A stretch of 58,132 nt of DNA, counting the filler, from Sphacelaria rigidula (lineage: Eukaryota), in assembly GCA_964200075.2 (NCBI GenBank). It is 9 parts of 9 records of this genome, joined end to end, with 100 filler letters (N's around TTAATTAATTAA, not from the genome) between each part and the next. Parts side by side here need not be neighbours in the genome. Positions count along the whole stretch, not along the records: positions 32,353 to 38,722 come from CAXNAA020020483.1; positions 38,823 to 45,192 come from CAXNAA020020484.1; positions 45,293 to 51,662 come from CAXNAA020020485.1; 6 more parts are not named here. One strand, given 5' to 3'. The position numbers and the translations under genes were made by a program. Every line of letters begins with the position of its first letter. Positions within the stretch are counted from its first letter, which is position 1. Shown piece by piece: positions 36,001 to 50,071 of the stretch. A model generated the notes under the pieces. It was not told the origin of the DNA and ran no database searches. It was given only the letters and a program-made list of their open reading frames with translations.

Positions 36001-39000
36001 CTAGGCGCCGGCAAAGCAACAAGCAAATAGGGACACTTGAGTCACTCTATTCGTGGAAGAGCTGCCGCCTTCGCTCATAGTTTGAAGCATGTGTTATGTC
36101 CTATGTCCTATGTCCTATGTACTATGTACAGTGGACATGCTATTAAACCGAATTGAGATTAATTTTAGGTGCGCGGAACATGATTCGTTCAGTCAACCTA
36201 AACACGTTGTTGAAAACTTATCAATCCTCTGACTATCTTGCGTCTGCCAAGTGATTTTGACACACGAGCCATTCTACGATAGGGGGGGGGGGTGTCCGAT
36301 TCTACGAAAAAATGTGCTCATAGATGCGTAAAACGACCTGAAATACTCGCGGTGCACTTCTTTTTCGGTAAAAGGTGTGTAAAGCAGTGTGAAAGAGCGT
36401 TATTGATCGGGAGGAAGCGCGTTCGAACAACTGTTGGCTGCATTCAACGTCGATTGAAGTGATTTTTCGTGGGAGAAAACAACCTAACCCCCCCCCCCCC
36501 CCCTCCCCCCATCGTAGCATGACTCACACACATATACAGATGAACGAGTACTTCCGCCAGCAGGATTCGCAAACGCTGCGTCGCGGACGGGTTGATATGC
36601 AGTAGTAAGTGGTCTCAGACGGTCACCAATTGGTATCTATACCATCTCCTGAAAACAGTAGAGCTGAGGTAGAACAATATTCGGTCGCGTGGTTTTTTTG
36701 TGCGGTAGCTAGAAGTGGATCTCTTATTGGAGATATTCTCATTATACGTCACAGCACCCAAAGTACCCACATAGTACAGCATATGGCATGCTTAGCCCTT
36801 GTAGCGCCCAGTTGTGCAGGGGTTGGACATTCTTGTTCTCATGAAAGTCACAACGCCCGCGGGCCGTTTCCACCCACACATATATATATATATATATATA
36901 TCCTTGCCACTGTGGGCACAGCACACAGTACAAAGTACAGTACAGCACCGTACATTTATATTGGGTGGGTGGAGATCACCACGAGCGATGGACGTGCCAC
37001 CAGGGCATGCACGAAGGTATCACGAGCGCGCCGCCATTGGGGCTTTTGTAGCGGATAGACCACATTCGAAAAATCCTACCTAGACGTAGGCTGCTACATT
37101 TGCCACACTTCACAAAATAATTTTTGTATTCCTATCTGATTTAGCGCCCGAGGGCCATAAAAGGGCCATCAACGCATAAAATTGCCATACTTCAAATGTC
37201 CGCGCGACTGGCAGGCCGTATTCTCGGAACGGAAAGCCTCGGGCGCTATAAGGGTTCAATGACCGGCCGAATATGAATACGACATCATTTTCACTGCATG
37301 AAAAATCAATTTTTCACGGGAAAAGTGTGCACACAAAAATCTGCGACAGCTGCGGAGCAGTCTCTACGCCGGTACTTTTCTATTTACGTAGGTCCCGCTG
37401 AAACGCACAGTTACCCAACGGAAAACCACCTTTAGAGCCGCTCCAAACGCACACACACAACACACGGAAGGGGGTGGAAGTGCTAGCTAGTAGTTTGTGT
37501 GGCAGCGACAGGGCTGCCGTACGCTGTTTTTTTAGGAGGCGGCTCCATGTCACGTTTTGAAAGGGCTGCTTAATATTTTTCTGAAATGTAAACGATTATT
37601 TCTTGCTTCTTTATTCCTATTTCCTTCGTGACCACCGGGGTATCGTCTCCTTGCTTGTATAATTGTTTTCATATCATGCATACTTAGTAGCGATAAGGGA
37701 TGACGTATTATCGATGCTTGATTCATTTTTTCTTGAGCCAAATAAATCAAAATCGATAAGTCCTCACCCGAGAGTTGCCTTGAAAATGTGGTCGAAATCA
37801 ACCGTTTTTTTGCTCTAGTGAAGCCAATCGTGTAAAAAAGCGCCTCCAGTGAGGCCCCCTAATCAGCCGGGGGAGGCCGGTGGTCGCGCCGCGACCGCGC
37901 GGATCCGCCGCGGACTTAGAGTACTGGCAGGATACCGCATACTGGATAGCATATTTGGTATTGGATAGCTGCGCCAGTGCCCAGCGCTATCGAGCAGCAC
38001 TTCTCAATGGCCTGTTTGTTTGCCCCAAATACATCGTGTTTGTGTCTCGTTGACGAGACCGTTCTTAATACACGGTTCCCGGCGTTCAATCACAAGGAGG
38101 GTGAGATACTCAACATCCAACTCCGAAGAAACTCCTGCAAGTCCTGCCACAAGGATCCCTACCATCTGCAGGTCATACATGGCCTCTTACTTCATTTTTT
38201 CACACCCTGGACATTATGCGGCCAATAGCTGCTTTAGATTAAAAAATGTACCGCGTAAAGCATAGGCCTATTGGAAATGGGTACTTTACGTAGTTGGTTC
38301 TGAGAAAAAAAAAGGGGGGGGGTTCTGTCCGTTTAAACCGGTTCACCGGGAAACTAGTTTGACCGGGAAAATGAGGCGTTATTGCCGTGGTTTGGCAGCG
38401 AAAGCGTGACATATGACATGTCACACGTTACACATCACCCTTCTCCTGGCGTGTGACCTAACCCTAATGGATACAGTCGACTCATTTTCGGAGACCATCT
38501 CTTCAACTTGGCTGGTTCCTTCACAGATGAGCACCAGGGTGATTAGATACTATCCAACTTTTACCGTCCATTGCCGTGATGGCTGGATACCATGATAGCT
38601 CTGAACGTTAACAACTTCACAAAGCGATGCCAAAGTGAGCCTTGGTTTTTATTTGGGCAATGGCCTAGAAAAGGTATACCTTCTCGTTTTTTGCCTAAGA
38701 AAGGTACGAAAAATGGCCAGAANNNNNNNNNNNNNNNNNNNNNNNNNNNNNNNNNNNNNNNNNNNNTTAATTAATTAANNNNNNNNNNNNNNNNNNNNNN
38801 NNNNNNNNNNNNNNNNNNNNNNCTTTGTAGGGATGCGAGGTCAATGGTCTGATGACTATGGCAAGCATGATCATGAGTACACCCCCCCTCCCTGGCTGAA
38901 CCGGTTCGCCGGGAAACCGGTTTAACCGAGAAAAGGAGGAGGCGTTATTATGGCGGTTAAACCAGTTTTTCCGGTGAACCGCTGTGTGTGTTACCGGTTC

Positions 39001-39700
39001 AATTGCAAAATTTGAAGTTGAGGAATGGAATGGTCCCTACTCCTCCCTCGTATTCTTGGGTATTGGGTTGCAAGGGCGGTCGGGGTGTGGGGTGCATACA
39101 GTGCTGGGCGCCTGACCTGGTCAGCGTTGTTTTAGGGGCTTTCTCGCGTACTACCCTTCGATAGAACTCGAAAGTGCTAGCTTCGGTAGATTTCGGTAAA
39201 AAAGCAGACCGTCCTCAAAACACTGCCCAAGTTAGTGTTACTTGGTGTTATCGGGCGATACGAGTAGATACCCCGTTTATCAGGAGGGTTTTATTGACCG
39301 TGAAATACACTTACTGTATTGGGCGCTAGTGCAATGACTAGGTGGAATTTCGAAATATCAAGCCAGCACATTTCTTCACCAATACTATCGGGACAGGCTC
39401 GATCGACCGAAAATACTGGAGGGTCAGAATCTGAACTGAAAGTGTCAGGACCCCCGATAGCCGGTAAGCCCGTAAGTCTATCGATATCGACTACATATAA
39501 TTTTTTTTCTTGGAATGTGGAGAGAATACAAGTATCTTCAGATCCCAATGTGATGAGCGGTGGCAAGCGAAAGAGCCTGAGAAAATCGCCAATTACGAGG
39601 AAATTACAAAATGAACAGTTCAGGCGCCTACTACTATGGTTTTTCCTTTCGATACCCTGTGTTGGTTAGGGTTAGGTGCCAGATTTGAACAGCAGCTGTT

Positions 39701-39811
39701 TAGGCTTTTACTTATTATGCTAGCACGGTTTTTGAAGACTTCGTTTATCTTGAAAATAATGTAGGGTCGCTGTTTAAGTAAAACCGTGCTAGCATAATAA
39801 GTAAAAGCCTA
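39701..39811. mobile_element. hAT-type mini-MITE (111 bp)
   Basis: Perfect ~32-bp TIR TAGGCTTTTACTTATTATGCTAGCACGGTTTT; perfect 8-bp TSD CAGCTGTT. Confidence 0.92.
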
Positions 39812-40276
39812 CAGCTGTTCAAGTAATCGCCAACACAATTTCCAATCACGCATTAGAATCGTTGTCACCAGCCACTGTGCTGTAACTTCGACAGGTGTTG
39901 CATGGGTGTGGAGGTGTGAGATTGAAACTTGCCGTCACCGGGGATGGGTGTGTTTGAGCGTCTCCATCACCCACCACACACAAAACACACGACAACGCCT
40001 ACTTCACCTGCGCTTGAATGATTTGGAGGCGTTTTGCCTTGCTCATTAGGTTAACCCTTGGACTGCGAGGCTAGACTTCTGTTGAATCGGCATCAATTTC
40101 AAGTGAAAAAAAGTATGCATGATCCAGAAGGACTAACCTCGCGGTCTGAGGGTTAAACCGGTTTCCGTTGAACCGGTGAAACCCACTGAGGCAACGCCGT
40201 TACACCGTTTTTTGTTAGTGTTTCTGAGAATGCCGCCTCTTATCCGGTAACCATTTTTCATGTATCCGGTGCACAC

Positions 40277-40568
40277 CAGGGTTAGAAAACTCCGCAGGCT
40301 CCGCCTGCGCCAGCGCAGGCGAGAGCCGAAGGCGACATGCGGTCCCCCGCCCCCGGAGGAGCCCGCGCAGCACTGTTTTTGGGGTTCTCCTTTCAAAAAG
40401 ACGCCTAGATTATGTCAAAATGGGGCCATTTCGACGATATGAGCCTCCGGCGAAAAAAGTGCGGCCCATTTTTTCTTCCTGCGGCAAGCCGCAGAGACAA
40501 GCTCCCAACAGCTGCGCATCGCCATAATCTGCGCCAGCGCAGGCCCGCGTGGAGCTTTTCTAACCTTG
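40277..40568. mobile_element. hAT-type MITE (292 bp)
   Basis: CAGGGTTAGAAAA...TTTTCTAACCTTG; TSD GTGCACAC/GTGCCCAC (7/8). Confidence 0.78.
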
Positions 40569-40941
40569 GTGCCCACCTCTATAATAGTGTGGTATGGACA
40601 ATTCACAAAATAAGGTGCATCGGAATTGAAAATGTTGAGGCGACGGAAAAAACAGATTCTTCGCCATCAGCAGCCCGAAGGCGGTGTTTTCGCTACGGAC
40701 GTGGACGAGCTAGTTTGAAACTGCCTGCGCTAAGAACTTTCAGAGAAAAAAAAGGGAGCACTATACCCTCCCTCCCCCTCCCTTGGTGCAGTCTAGCCCA
40801 GTCAAACACGGCAGTGCGTACGAGCTGCGAGAGGCAGGAGCTCAACAGGAGACATGTGCACTCATGGCAGCGTACGCACGTCGGGCAGGAGAGCACAACA
40901 TAGAGATGACGCCAACTGCCAAATTCCACCAAACTCGCGTT

Positions 40942-43394
40942 TTAGAGCTCGTGCACGGCCGTCACCACCACATTCGAGTTCCTAGAAACATCCAGTGGCG
41001 CCGTGAAGAAATACTGGCCGTGGGGTCTGTCTGTGATCCGATGTGGGATGCACGAGCTGATGGATAGGAGCACAAAAAGTTGCGGGGAAATTTTTAGACG
41101 TCCACAATTGCTTCTTGTATTTTGTACGTGAGTGAAACGCCGCCTCCCTGTACTGTTTGTTCTCCGTGCACGACGAGTTACGGATGCACAGATCAAAGAA
41201 GGAAAATACGATACGGTAGGCCAATATCGTAGGATGGTGAGAGGTTGAGGATGGTGAGGGCTTGAGGAGGGGGAGGGGGGCGGGCGGGGGGGTGACGCGA
41301 TCACGTATTTGAAAGCAGAAGTTCGGGAAATTCTCGGTGAGCAGAGGAAGCTGAGAGCTTGTTGCGGAGAAAGAGAGATCGCGGAAATATATCAAACGCG
41401 GGTAGCACTCCTCCCCCCGAGGTCAACCACGGAACTGTATGTAGTTTCATTGTAGCCAGCATCAAACCGTGACAAGAACAAAAAACCCCGACCGCGGTGT
41501 GGGGTTGCATTTATGCGCGTGTACATGTGATTGCGCTTGTGTTCTGTTCTGCGCCAAACGGGGTACTTGAATACTGCATAATACTACTGGTAACGCCTCT
41601 CTCTTTTATAGGAGTATGTACATTGACGGTCCCGAGCCGCTTAGTATAGTTATATGTTTTTGTCATCATTAACCCGAGGTCGGAAATTATTTCTGACACT
41701 TGAGCATCCCCCGCAAGTGTAGATGTGGGTTGTTCATGTTATCGCAGCTGTACTTGTCTGCAGCTGTGTCATGCACACTACTACTCAATAGTCAATGGTA
41801 AATGTGCACTTTCTGTCTTGAAGGTCAGTGGTCCCTGTGGTACGCCGTGCATGCTGTCTGCGTATCACAAGGGTTACTTACGAGACCCCCCGCCAGCCGT
41901 GGGAGATACTATGATCAAACCTCGGCTTTCCTCGAAATCTGCGAGGACTAAGCTGCTTAAAAAATGTTTGACGCAAATTAAGTTGTGGATATCCGCCGAG
42001 CGATGGGTTGTTTCACTGCTTTATGATCCTTATTCTCGAGAAGAGGGAGCTCGAAAAAAATAGATAGGGGTGCTATACTCCGTCATGCCAGGCTAAGACA
42101 TGAAGGTTGGCGTCACAAGAGTGAGTAGTAGTGGATGTTTTCAAGTGAAAGCAACGAAAAACATTTGACGCCTCTTCCTGGATGTGATGCCAAGACGTGA
42201 CAGTAATGTATTGCTCTTCATCTCTGCTTCCTCTCTCCCTATCTCGTACTCTCTCTCCGTCTCTCTCTCCTCCCCACACCCACCCACACACACCTTTCCA
42301 ATCGTGAAGTATTTCTTCACTTTCTTCAGGTTGAGGAGCGGCATCGTTCCATACGCCCTCAGCTCAACCCCCAAACTTGCTTGATGCTCCTTTGACCCGC
42401 AAACCAAACCTGAGCACCAACAGCACCAGCAGCACCAGCAGCACCAGCAGCACCAGCAGCAACGGTAGGCACACTGACGATCACCAACTTATCGAAAATA
42501 AGATAGCCTAGTTGCAATCAGTAGTGCTGTTGGTGTGCGGTTATTGATCCAACTCTCGGTGGGTTCAAAACCTGCGAATATGGTGAGACCGGACAGCAGC
42601 ATACCGCAACAAATTGAGACCCGCCTCTTTGAAAATAAAACTTGGCCACCACCGCAAACGGGTACTGTAAAGCGAGTGAAGAAAAAGGCATGATTAAATC
42701 AGAAAAAGGTATGGTGAAACATGACAGATTTTGTAGAAGATACAAAGTTTTCGGAAAGTCCCTGGGCCGCTTATCCGTGAACCCTGCTGACTTTCCCTTG
42801 CTGCGAGAGACCTCCTGCTGCGCGTCTGCTGCCATATCTCAAAGGGTGAGAGGAACGCATTAAAAATACTTTGGTATTGTTGCAAGAGAGGAGAGCAGGT
42901 TGCACGGCAAGGGACGAACAGTGCTTTGCTCTTTCGGTCCTGTCTTGCGTGTGATCAGGTCCCGTGTGCTTTTGTTCTAAAAACGTCTTCTGCTCTCACG
43001 CAAGCTTTGAAGTGGGGCAGTGCTGAAGGAGCGCAGAGTCATCCAGCTTTCACGTATATGTGTGTTTCATTCGCAACAATTTTGCTGCTGTGTTCTTCTT
43101 TCTGTAAAGAAATAGTTTACTCGTTTGCGTAAGTTTTGTGGGCATGACACGCGATGGGCATGACTTCCCCTCCCGTTTGAGTTTTCGGCGCCGTTGCGTC
43201 TTTGGAACAAAAATACAGTCAGTTGGTGTACATTGCTTTACTGTAAACTGTGATGAAAAAAGGCGCCTAAAGCTCACATACTCATCATCCGTTGCTGGTT
43301 CCTTGTTTTTACGGCACTCATGGAGGTATTTAGGGGTCCAGATTCATTGTCAGGTGCCAATACAACAGTACAAGTATACGGCTGGAAACCGCCG
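40942..43394 (-). CDS. Possible multi-exon host gene of unknown function
   Basis: AG/GT-bounded open segments near 43277-43394, 42293-42410, 41882-41938 and 40942-41031; I could not close a fully phase-consistent model. Confidence 0.3.
42412..42463. repeat. (CAGCACCAG)n microsatellite
   Basis: About five tandem 9-mers. Confidence 0.9.
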
Positions 43395-45109
43395 CTGAAG
43401 GAAATAAGTCGGTATTCTTGCTTGCCTGCCTTCGAACGATATTACTGTTGCTGTTGCCCCTTCATTGTATGATGCATGTGCATGGGCGAGGACACGACTT
43501 TCCGAGTGTGAGTTATTTAGCAGCTTGTGCGAGTTGTTGCGTGCATCGCATCCAAGACTACATGTATTTACTCCCAACCTACGGTTCGAACGGCTTGTAC
43601 ACTAGGACTGAACTAACTCGGAACTGCCTGTGGTGTTTCTCATGTCTACACTGTAATCACTGAACAGGTAGTTGTACAGCACCACTGTTGTCTGCTTTTC
43701 TGTGGCCATGCTCTCAATACTGACGCTGCAGTATCACATTGTCAATGTTTGGAATGTAACCCTAAACCTGCACTGTTCCCATGTACTGCACAGTGCTCTA
43801 CTGTACCGACTCTATCGTACCAGCGTGTCTGTGTTGAGATTCGAAGACACGGCATGTGACATCTCCTCCCTCCAAATATCCGTGTGACGGAACATCCTAA
43901 AAAGCCAAAAAATCGGCACAGACCCACCGTCGATGAACTGAACAATTCTATTCTTCTGAGAAGGTGAAAGCAGGCAGGGGGTACATCTTTCCTTCTCTGT
44001 TGTGCAGTTTGTACGGAACAGTATAGCCCATACCGTAAAAACCTCCGTTTTTTCCTGGGGTCATCTTCGTTCCGTCGGGATGCACCGCAATATCATGGAA
44101 CCGAAATATTTTGTCAACATGACTGAAGAAAAAACGTGTTGTCCAATGGATGCCGTCTTCGCGCTCTAAAAGTGTCCGCGCTGACGGTGCCACAGACCTT
44201 AGTGGGGACTGGCGGTCTGGTACCCTTAGATTGGGGACTGACCATCTGGTAGTGCTGTACAGTCAGTTTGTTGAGTGCTTGTGTGTGTCAACCGTTACTG
44301 CTTCGAATATCCAACATTTACACGTTCAAAATCCATTTTTTTTAAAAATAAATATTGTCCTGTGCCTTACCCCCCATGATCGCGCTCTGAAATCAACACG
44401 TCAAACGGACGAGTGCCACAAGGATAAGGATACGGTGAATTTCGAGGCTTTCCACGTGCACAAGCAAAGCTTTCATGCAATGTCTTTGAACCAGGCACCA
44501 GTCTCACATGACCACGTTGAACAGGACGACAACAATGAAAAGTTCGTCCGATAGTCCTCGAACCAAGCACGCGTCCTCCATCATCATCGTTTGGACCGGA
44601 AGGCACGAGGCGGAATCTCACGTGACCAAATTTGACGCCGGAAAAAGACTGGCGAAATCCCGCCAGGTCACCTGTAAACTCCTGTACATGTCTCCGACGA
44701 CCCGAACCACCCCGAATTGGAACATAATTTCCCACCGAACATGGATCATGACATAATAGAGTTATCTCGAGCTCGGCTCCCGGTATCCTGGTATGTTGTA
44801 TTTTCTCAAGTGGAAGTGATGCCGATTCATTAGATAATGAGGCCTTTTGACCGCCAGGTCAGGTCCTTTCATGGATCGCGATCACTTTCACTTGAAGAGT
44901 AGTACACAACTCAGAGCCACCGAATGGACCAGGATGCCGGAAGCCAAGTTTGACATACCTCTAATAGTGGTGCTCGATTAAAACAAAATGGGTGAACCGG
45001 CACTTGATTCCCTCCGAAACGGTACATATTGCGCCGACCACTGCTTGGCTTCTGACATGGCGACCCGGTTCGGCGGATCCATCCCGGCAGGTACAGAAAT
45101 ATACGTGAT

Positions 45110-45192
45110 TGTGTGTTGTGTGTTGTCGTCCCATTTATTCTAGGCGCCAGTCCACCCCTTTCGGGATGTGGGCGCATCAGCCGGGGGCACAC
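45110..45192 (-). mobile_element. SINE 3' end, cut by the scaffold end
   Basis: TGTGTGTTGTGTGTTGTCGTCCCAT... as at 12440. Confidence 0.85.
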
Positions 45193-45292
45193 NNNNNNNN
45201 NNNNNNNNNNNNNNNNNNNNNNNNNNNNNNNNNNNNTTAATTAATTAANNNNNNNNNNNNNNNNNNNNNNNNNNNNNNNNNNNNNNNNNNNN

Positions 45293-45364
45293 GGATGCCC
45301 TTGTCCCCTGGTCATCATCCAGGATCCACTATATACTCAACCGTGACGGCGTGATTTCGCCACA
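45293..45364 (-). repeat. 5' end of an LTR related to Gypsy element 2
   Basis: Reverse complement TGTGGCGAAATCACGCCGTCACGGTTGAGTATATAGTG matches 12078-12115. Confidence 0.85.
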
Positions 45365-45797
45365 GATCTTACAAATTGGGGATGGATCATTTGTTGGGGA
45401 TGAGAAACCCGGAGGATAAAAATCTTCGTATCCGCACCAAATATTGGGAATATGGTTCCATTTCCTCACTTACTGATAGCTATTGGCAACGTCTACACGC
45501 CATAGCAATTTGGATTCCGATCACCGAAATGTTGGGGTATCCTAGGTGAAAAAAAACATTTCGGAACCATTTTGGCGTCCGCTCGGACACCCGGAATTCC
45601 ACAAAACTGTTTTTTCACCTAGGACCCCAACATTTCGGTGTTCAAAATCCAAACTTCTATGGTGTGTAGCAGCTGTCAATAGCTATCAGTACGTGAAGAA
45701 ATAGAACCATATTTCGAATATTTGGTGCGGATACGAAGATTTTAGTCCACCGGGTTCCCCATCCCCAGTAAATGATCCATCCCCAATTTGTAAGATC
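45365..45797. mobile_element. Foldback/MITE, arms ~195 bp
   Basis: GATCTTACAAATTGGGGATGGATCATTT...AAATGATCCATCCCCAATTTGTAAGATC. Confidence 0.88.
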
Positions 45798-47541
45798 CCG
45801 TGTTTATTGCTGTTCAATGGTATCTTCAAATGTTTAACTGGACCCGAAACGGCCACTTTCCCTCAGGGTTTGGAAGTCGTTTCAATTTTGTGGATGCAGT
45901 TAATGAAAATCAAACTCTCTAGCTTTCACAGGTGGTGCGACTTCGGTGCATGTTGTTTCCGTGACCACCTCTGAGCAGACGGGAGTACGTGCGCGGTAGA
46001 GCAACGAAAGGTAGCTATGATCCGGTTTGCCTGCCGTACTGCCGACAGCGTCGCGTGAAAGCCACAAGACCCTTGCTATCGGCGGTTGATGGCGTGGGTC
46101 TCGAATGCAACGACATGCGGTTGATCGTAGAGCACTCTCGTCTCTCCTCTCAACTTATAATAATGCGCATGACCTCCTGATATCGGAATAATTATCAATT
46201 ATGGGAAGCTACTCGCACGGTTGTACCTATTATTTAGGGGTTTACGCGGCCAGTGTGGGCTGCGGATCGCGGCATGGGCGGACTCCTATGCGCCACACTA
46301 GCAACAGTTAGGTCAACACCATAGAATTGTTTTTCACTCCGCATGTCAACAAGGTCTCTACAAGTGTTTGATCTCTCATACACCCCTCTCAAGTGGCGTG
46401 TGGCACGCCCTTCTGCTCGGGCACCCGGTGAGGGGGAGGTCGGGGAAAATCAACGATGAATAACTCCCCCTAAGTTCAAATTGGATCTATCCATTATTGC
46501 CGCAGCACCGCCCTTGCTGGCATGTGTGTGACAGAGAACAGTAGTAGCGGTGACGGGAACATTGCCCTACTCTTCAACGACATGTTTTTCAGCGCACAGA
46601 TGCGCGTCCTGTTCAAAAGGAGAGGCAGAGAGAAATCGATCTTCGCGTTCGTAAGCTCGACAGGCAAGAAGAGACGGAATATCTCCGCACGTCGATGTTC
46701 TGGCACATGAAAAATTTGGCACATGCTGGTATAATAACATCGATGATGCCAGTTTCTCAAGCGATTGGTAATCGCCGAGCGAGGACACACAACGGACACG
46801 GGCGAGGAGCTTCCTCTCTGTCGTTGCTTCTCTCTCTGGTGATATCGTCATCGACACGCGTGTACAGCGCATTCGTTCGGCGCACCTAGCCACAGCTGCT
46901 TAACTGCTGCGGACATTTGGGGGGGAAGATGGCTTCGCTCGGTCGTTAGTGTTTTGAGTCTTCCCTGCAGAGAAGAAATCCCATTTCAGCCTCATTTTTT
47001 AGATGAACCCCACTTTGTCGGATCCACTGTAATGAGTTGTACAATAATGAATCACAATCTTTCGACGGGTACCAGCACTATGATCAGTCGCGACGACGGT
47101 GCTAATCCGATGATGCATATTCCGTGGCTCGGGCACAGGGTGGATGGCTTATATAATGTGTTAGAAAGTACCCAAGTAATGCTATAATTCGGGAAAGTGT
47201 AGAAGAGAGGGGAAAGCCGACGAGTGATCGGGGTGACACCATGTGGACGACTCGGGTACTGTACCGTACCAAATTTGCACATACTTGACTATGAGTACTC
47301 GTACGTCACCCAGATCCCCTGTTCTACGTAGATCCAGTCCGACTGGGTGTATATGGGTCACTCGAACCCCACCCCACCCCCCCCCCTCCTCGTCTGATAC
47401 CTCAGTGCTTGAGGCTCTCTCTAGAAAAAAGAGTATAAGGAGGAAAATCGGCCTTCCGAGCAAAATCCCCCTTCACACAAACTCCAACCCTTGTGCTTAA
47501 AATCCAACAGCTACCTTTCGTAGACGCCAGCACATGCATAC

Positions 47542-47602
47542 TGTGACGGTTTACAGCGCTGACTGGTCAGTAGTCTAGTTGGTTATCTCTTAAACCGTCA
47601 CA
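47542..47602. mobile_element. 61-bp micro-element with 12-bp TIR and 4-bp TSD
   Basis: ATAC-TGTGACGGTTTA...TAAACCGTCACA-ATAC. Confidence 0.7.
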
Positions 47603-49757
47603 ATACATTACATGGGGAAGCGACCGACAAAGCCATCCCCTAGAGAGTAGCGTGAGTGGCTTCACCCGACATACGCATACCTGCATTACGGAAACCATGG
47701 CCTGAAACGTCTGGAGCTAACAAATCGACAGACACACACAAACAAAAATAGCGTGCCAACTCGTTGTCCTCCATATCCATCAAGGCACGTGGATGCCTCT
47801 TGAACAACGTGACTGGGAGCGCTTTCGTCAGATTATCAGCGTGCTACCACGCTGAAGCTACAAGCTACATGCATTATCCTTGTGGCTTCTGTCTTGACCA
47901 AGTCCCGAATAAAAGACCATCTCACATCGATGTGCTTGCTGCGGCGTGAGCTGAGAGGGTTTCGCCCAGAGCCTTAGCCCCCTCGTTGTCGTCATAAAGA
48001 ACAATGTTATACTCTGCCACTCGTCCCAGCACAACCCTTGGTCGTAAGAAAGATAGGATTGACCTGACAACATATATTCCTTCGACCCTTCAGCCATTGC
48101 CACATACTCGGCTCCGGTGGCGGACAAGGTAACGCAGTGTTGCATGCGACTGGTACTGGATACGGCAACTCCTCCCCACAGTACCGCTACCCCGGGAACC
48201 GATCACCTATTCGTCTCTTGCTTTGCGTAGTCGGCATCGCAGTATACCAAAGTCATACTCTCCTTAACTGAACGTCAAACCGTAGTTCATAGTCCCATTC
48301 AGGTATGCCAAGGCTTTCAAAGCTCCTTCCCAGTGTCTCTCACATGAAGCATGTGACCGTCGGGTCAGAGCCCTGGCTGCCTTGGCTATGTCAAGCCTAG
48401 TCACACCTGCTTACCACATCGACCCTCCTACTGCATTACGGTATGGTCTATCTACCTCCGTGTCTTCCTGCTTCAAGTCCGACGTCTGCTGAAGTTGAGG
48501 CGGGGATATACAGGAGAAATCCGTATCCTCGAACCGCTTCAAGAGGGTGTCAGTGAAAGTTGTTTGATTCCCGTATATCGTACCCTTCTCCCAGTCCCTT
48601 TCTATGGCACATCCCATGTATCACTGAACTTCTTCGAGATTTTTTGTTGAAAATTTGTTATCGAGGGTATTACAACCTTTCTCCACTCTTTCTACTTCTC
48701 CTCCAATCAAGATGTCGTCTGTATGCACAACTAACAGAAGACGTACACTCCTCATTTCCCCCTCAAATACGCCAGCGTCAGCTTAGCTCTGCGGCATCCC
48801 TGCGTCTTCCATCAGAGATTCTCCGAAGAGAAGGGACCATTGCCTCCTGCTTGCTTGATGCCATAGATAGATCTGTCGAGTCTTACTGTATTTCCTGTCA
48901 GGGGACCACGCCCTTCTGGGAGCTTCATGAACACGTTCGTGTCCATTTTCGCTCGTACAAAAGCCTGGGTGACATCGAAGTGATACCGTTACCATCCCTC
49001 CTGCACTATAACGGCCATGACCAACGTTTTTGATGTTATGACTGGAGGGGTTGCGAAAGGCTCGAAATAGTCTACAGCAAACCTCTGGCCAAATCCACGT
49101 GCGACAAGTCTCGCCTTTGCTCTGATAGTTAATCCGTTGGCGTCGGTTTTCCAACTGAACACTCACTCTGCTGTTATGACGTTTACCCTCCTGGAATTTC
49201 ATCACTCGAGAACGTACCGGCGATTTTATGCCTATCCAACTCTGCACGCAGAGCACTCAACCATACTCATGTACTCCGAACTTTCGACACCATCTACCGT
49301 CACGGAGGGACTCTCGATATCTCTTACATGCAGGCCGATGGGGGAAGGCAAACGAAAGCTGGGCTCTCCCTTTATGATTTCTGCCGCCAGACAAAAGTAT
49401 TCTTGCTCTGCGAAAGTCTCCTCGGTCATCAGGACTGCGTTGCCTCCCGCCTCCGGTTCGGCCGCTGCAGGGATCAAGTCCGTCGTCTCGAATCTATCCC
49501 CCGCCATTTCATACAGCGCTGTTTCGGCTTCCACTCTTGTCATCAGGGGGGGAAAGTATTCCTTTATGCTCGTCTCCAGAAGTTTCTCCACCTTATTTAC
49601 CGCGAGTTCTAACCCTCCCCGGTCAGCTGCCGCTCTTGTCGCACTGCGCGTGCGACCTGCCATTTGGGGAGGCAGAGACAGCTCATCGTTGAGTATAAGA
49701 CGGCGCAGCTCCATCCTTGGGAGTTCATGCCCTTCACCGCCCCCCCCCGTCATTGTG

Positions 49758-50071
49758 AAAAAAAAACGAGGTGAGATACCTATGAGGCAGTGTATAAGCC
49801 GTGGCTGTCTCGGGAAGTGGCGTGAACAGAAAACGAAGCAACTCATTGGAGACTGTCATCCAAATGAGAGATAATCAGTATGCTTCGGGCCGAACAATCT
49901 TAGAAGGATGCGGCTAACCTTTTATGCAACTCGCCGCGCGCACCACAGCGCTTCGCGCTTGGTGATTGATCGCGAGCGTGGTCTGGCGAAAACCCGGCGT
50001 GCTCCGTCCCGGCTTCGTAGGGATGCGAGGTCAACGGTCATGTGACTATGGCATGCAAGATCATGAGTACA
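49758..50071. mobile_element. Unclassified ~315-bp insertion in the Copia; partial copies at 38823-38881, 51763-51815 and ~54640-54825
   Basis: Flanked by direct repeat CCGTCATTGTG (49747-49757, 50077-50087); shared end ...GATCATGAGTACA. Confidence 0.75.

Noticed and set aside
41882..41938. FRGKPRFD as a Plavaka-type transposase motif
   Set aside because: Eight residues in one of two open frames of a 57-bp segment, with no supporting flanking homology
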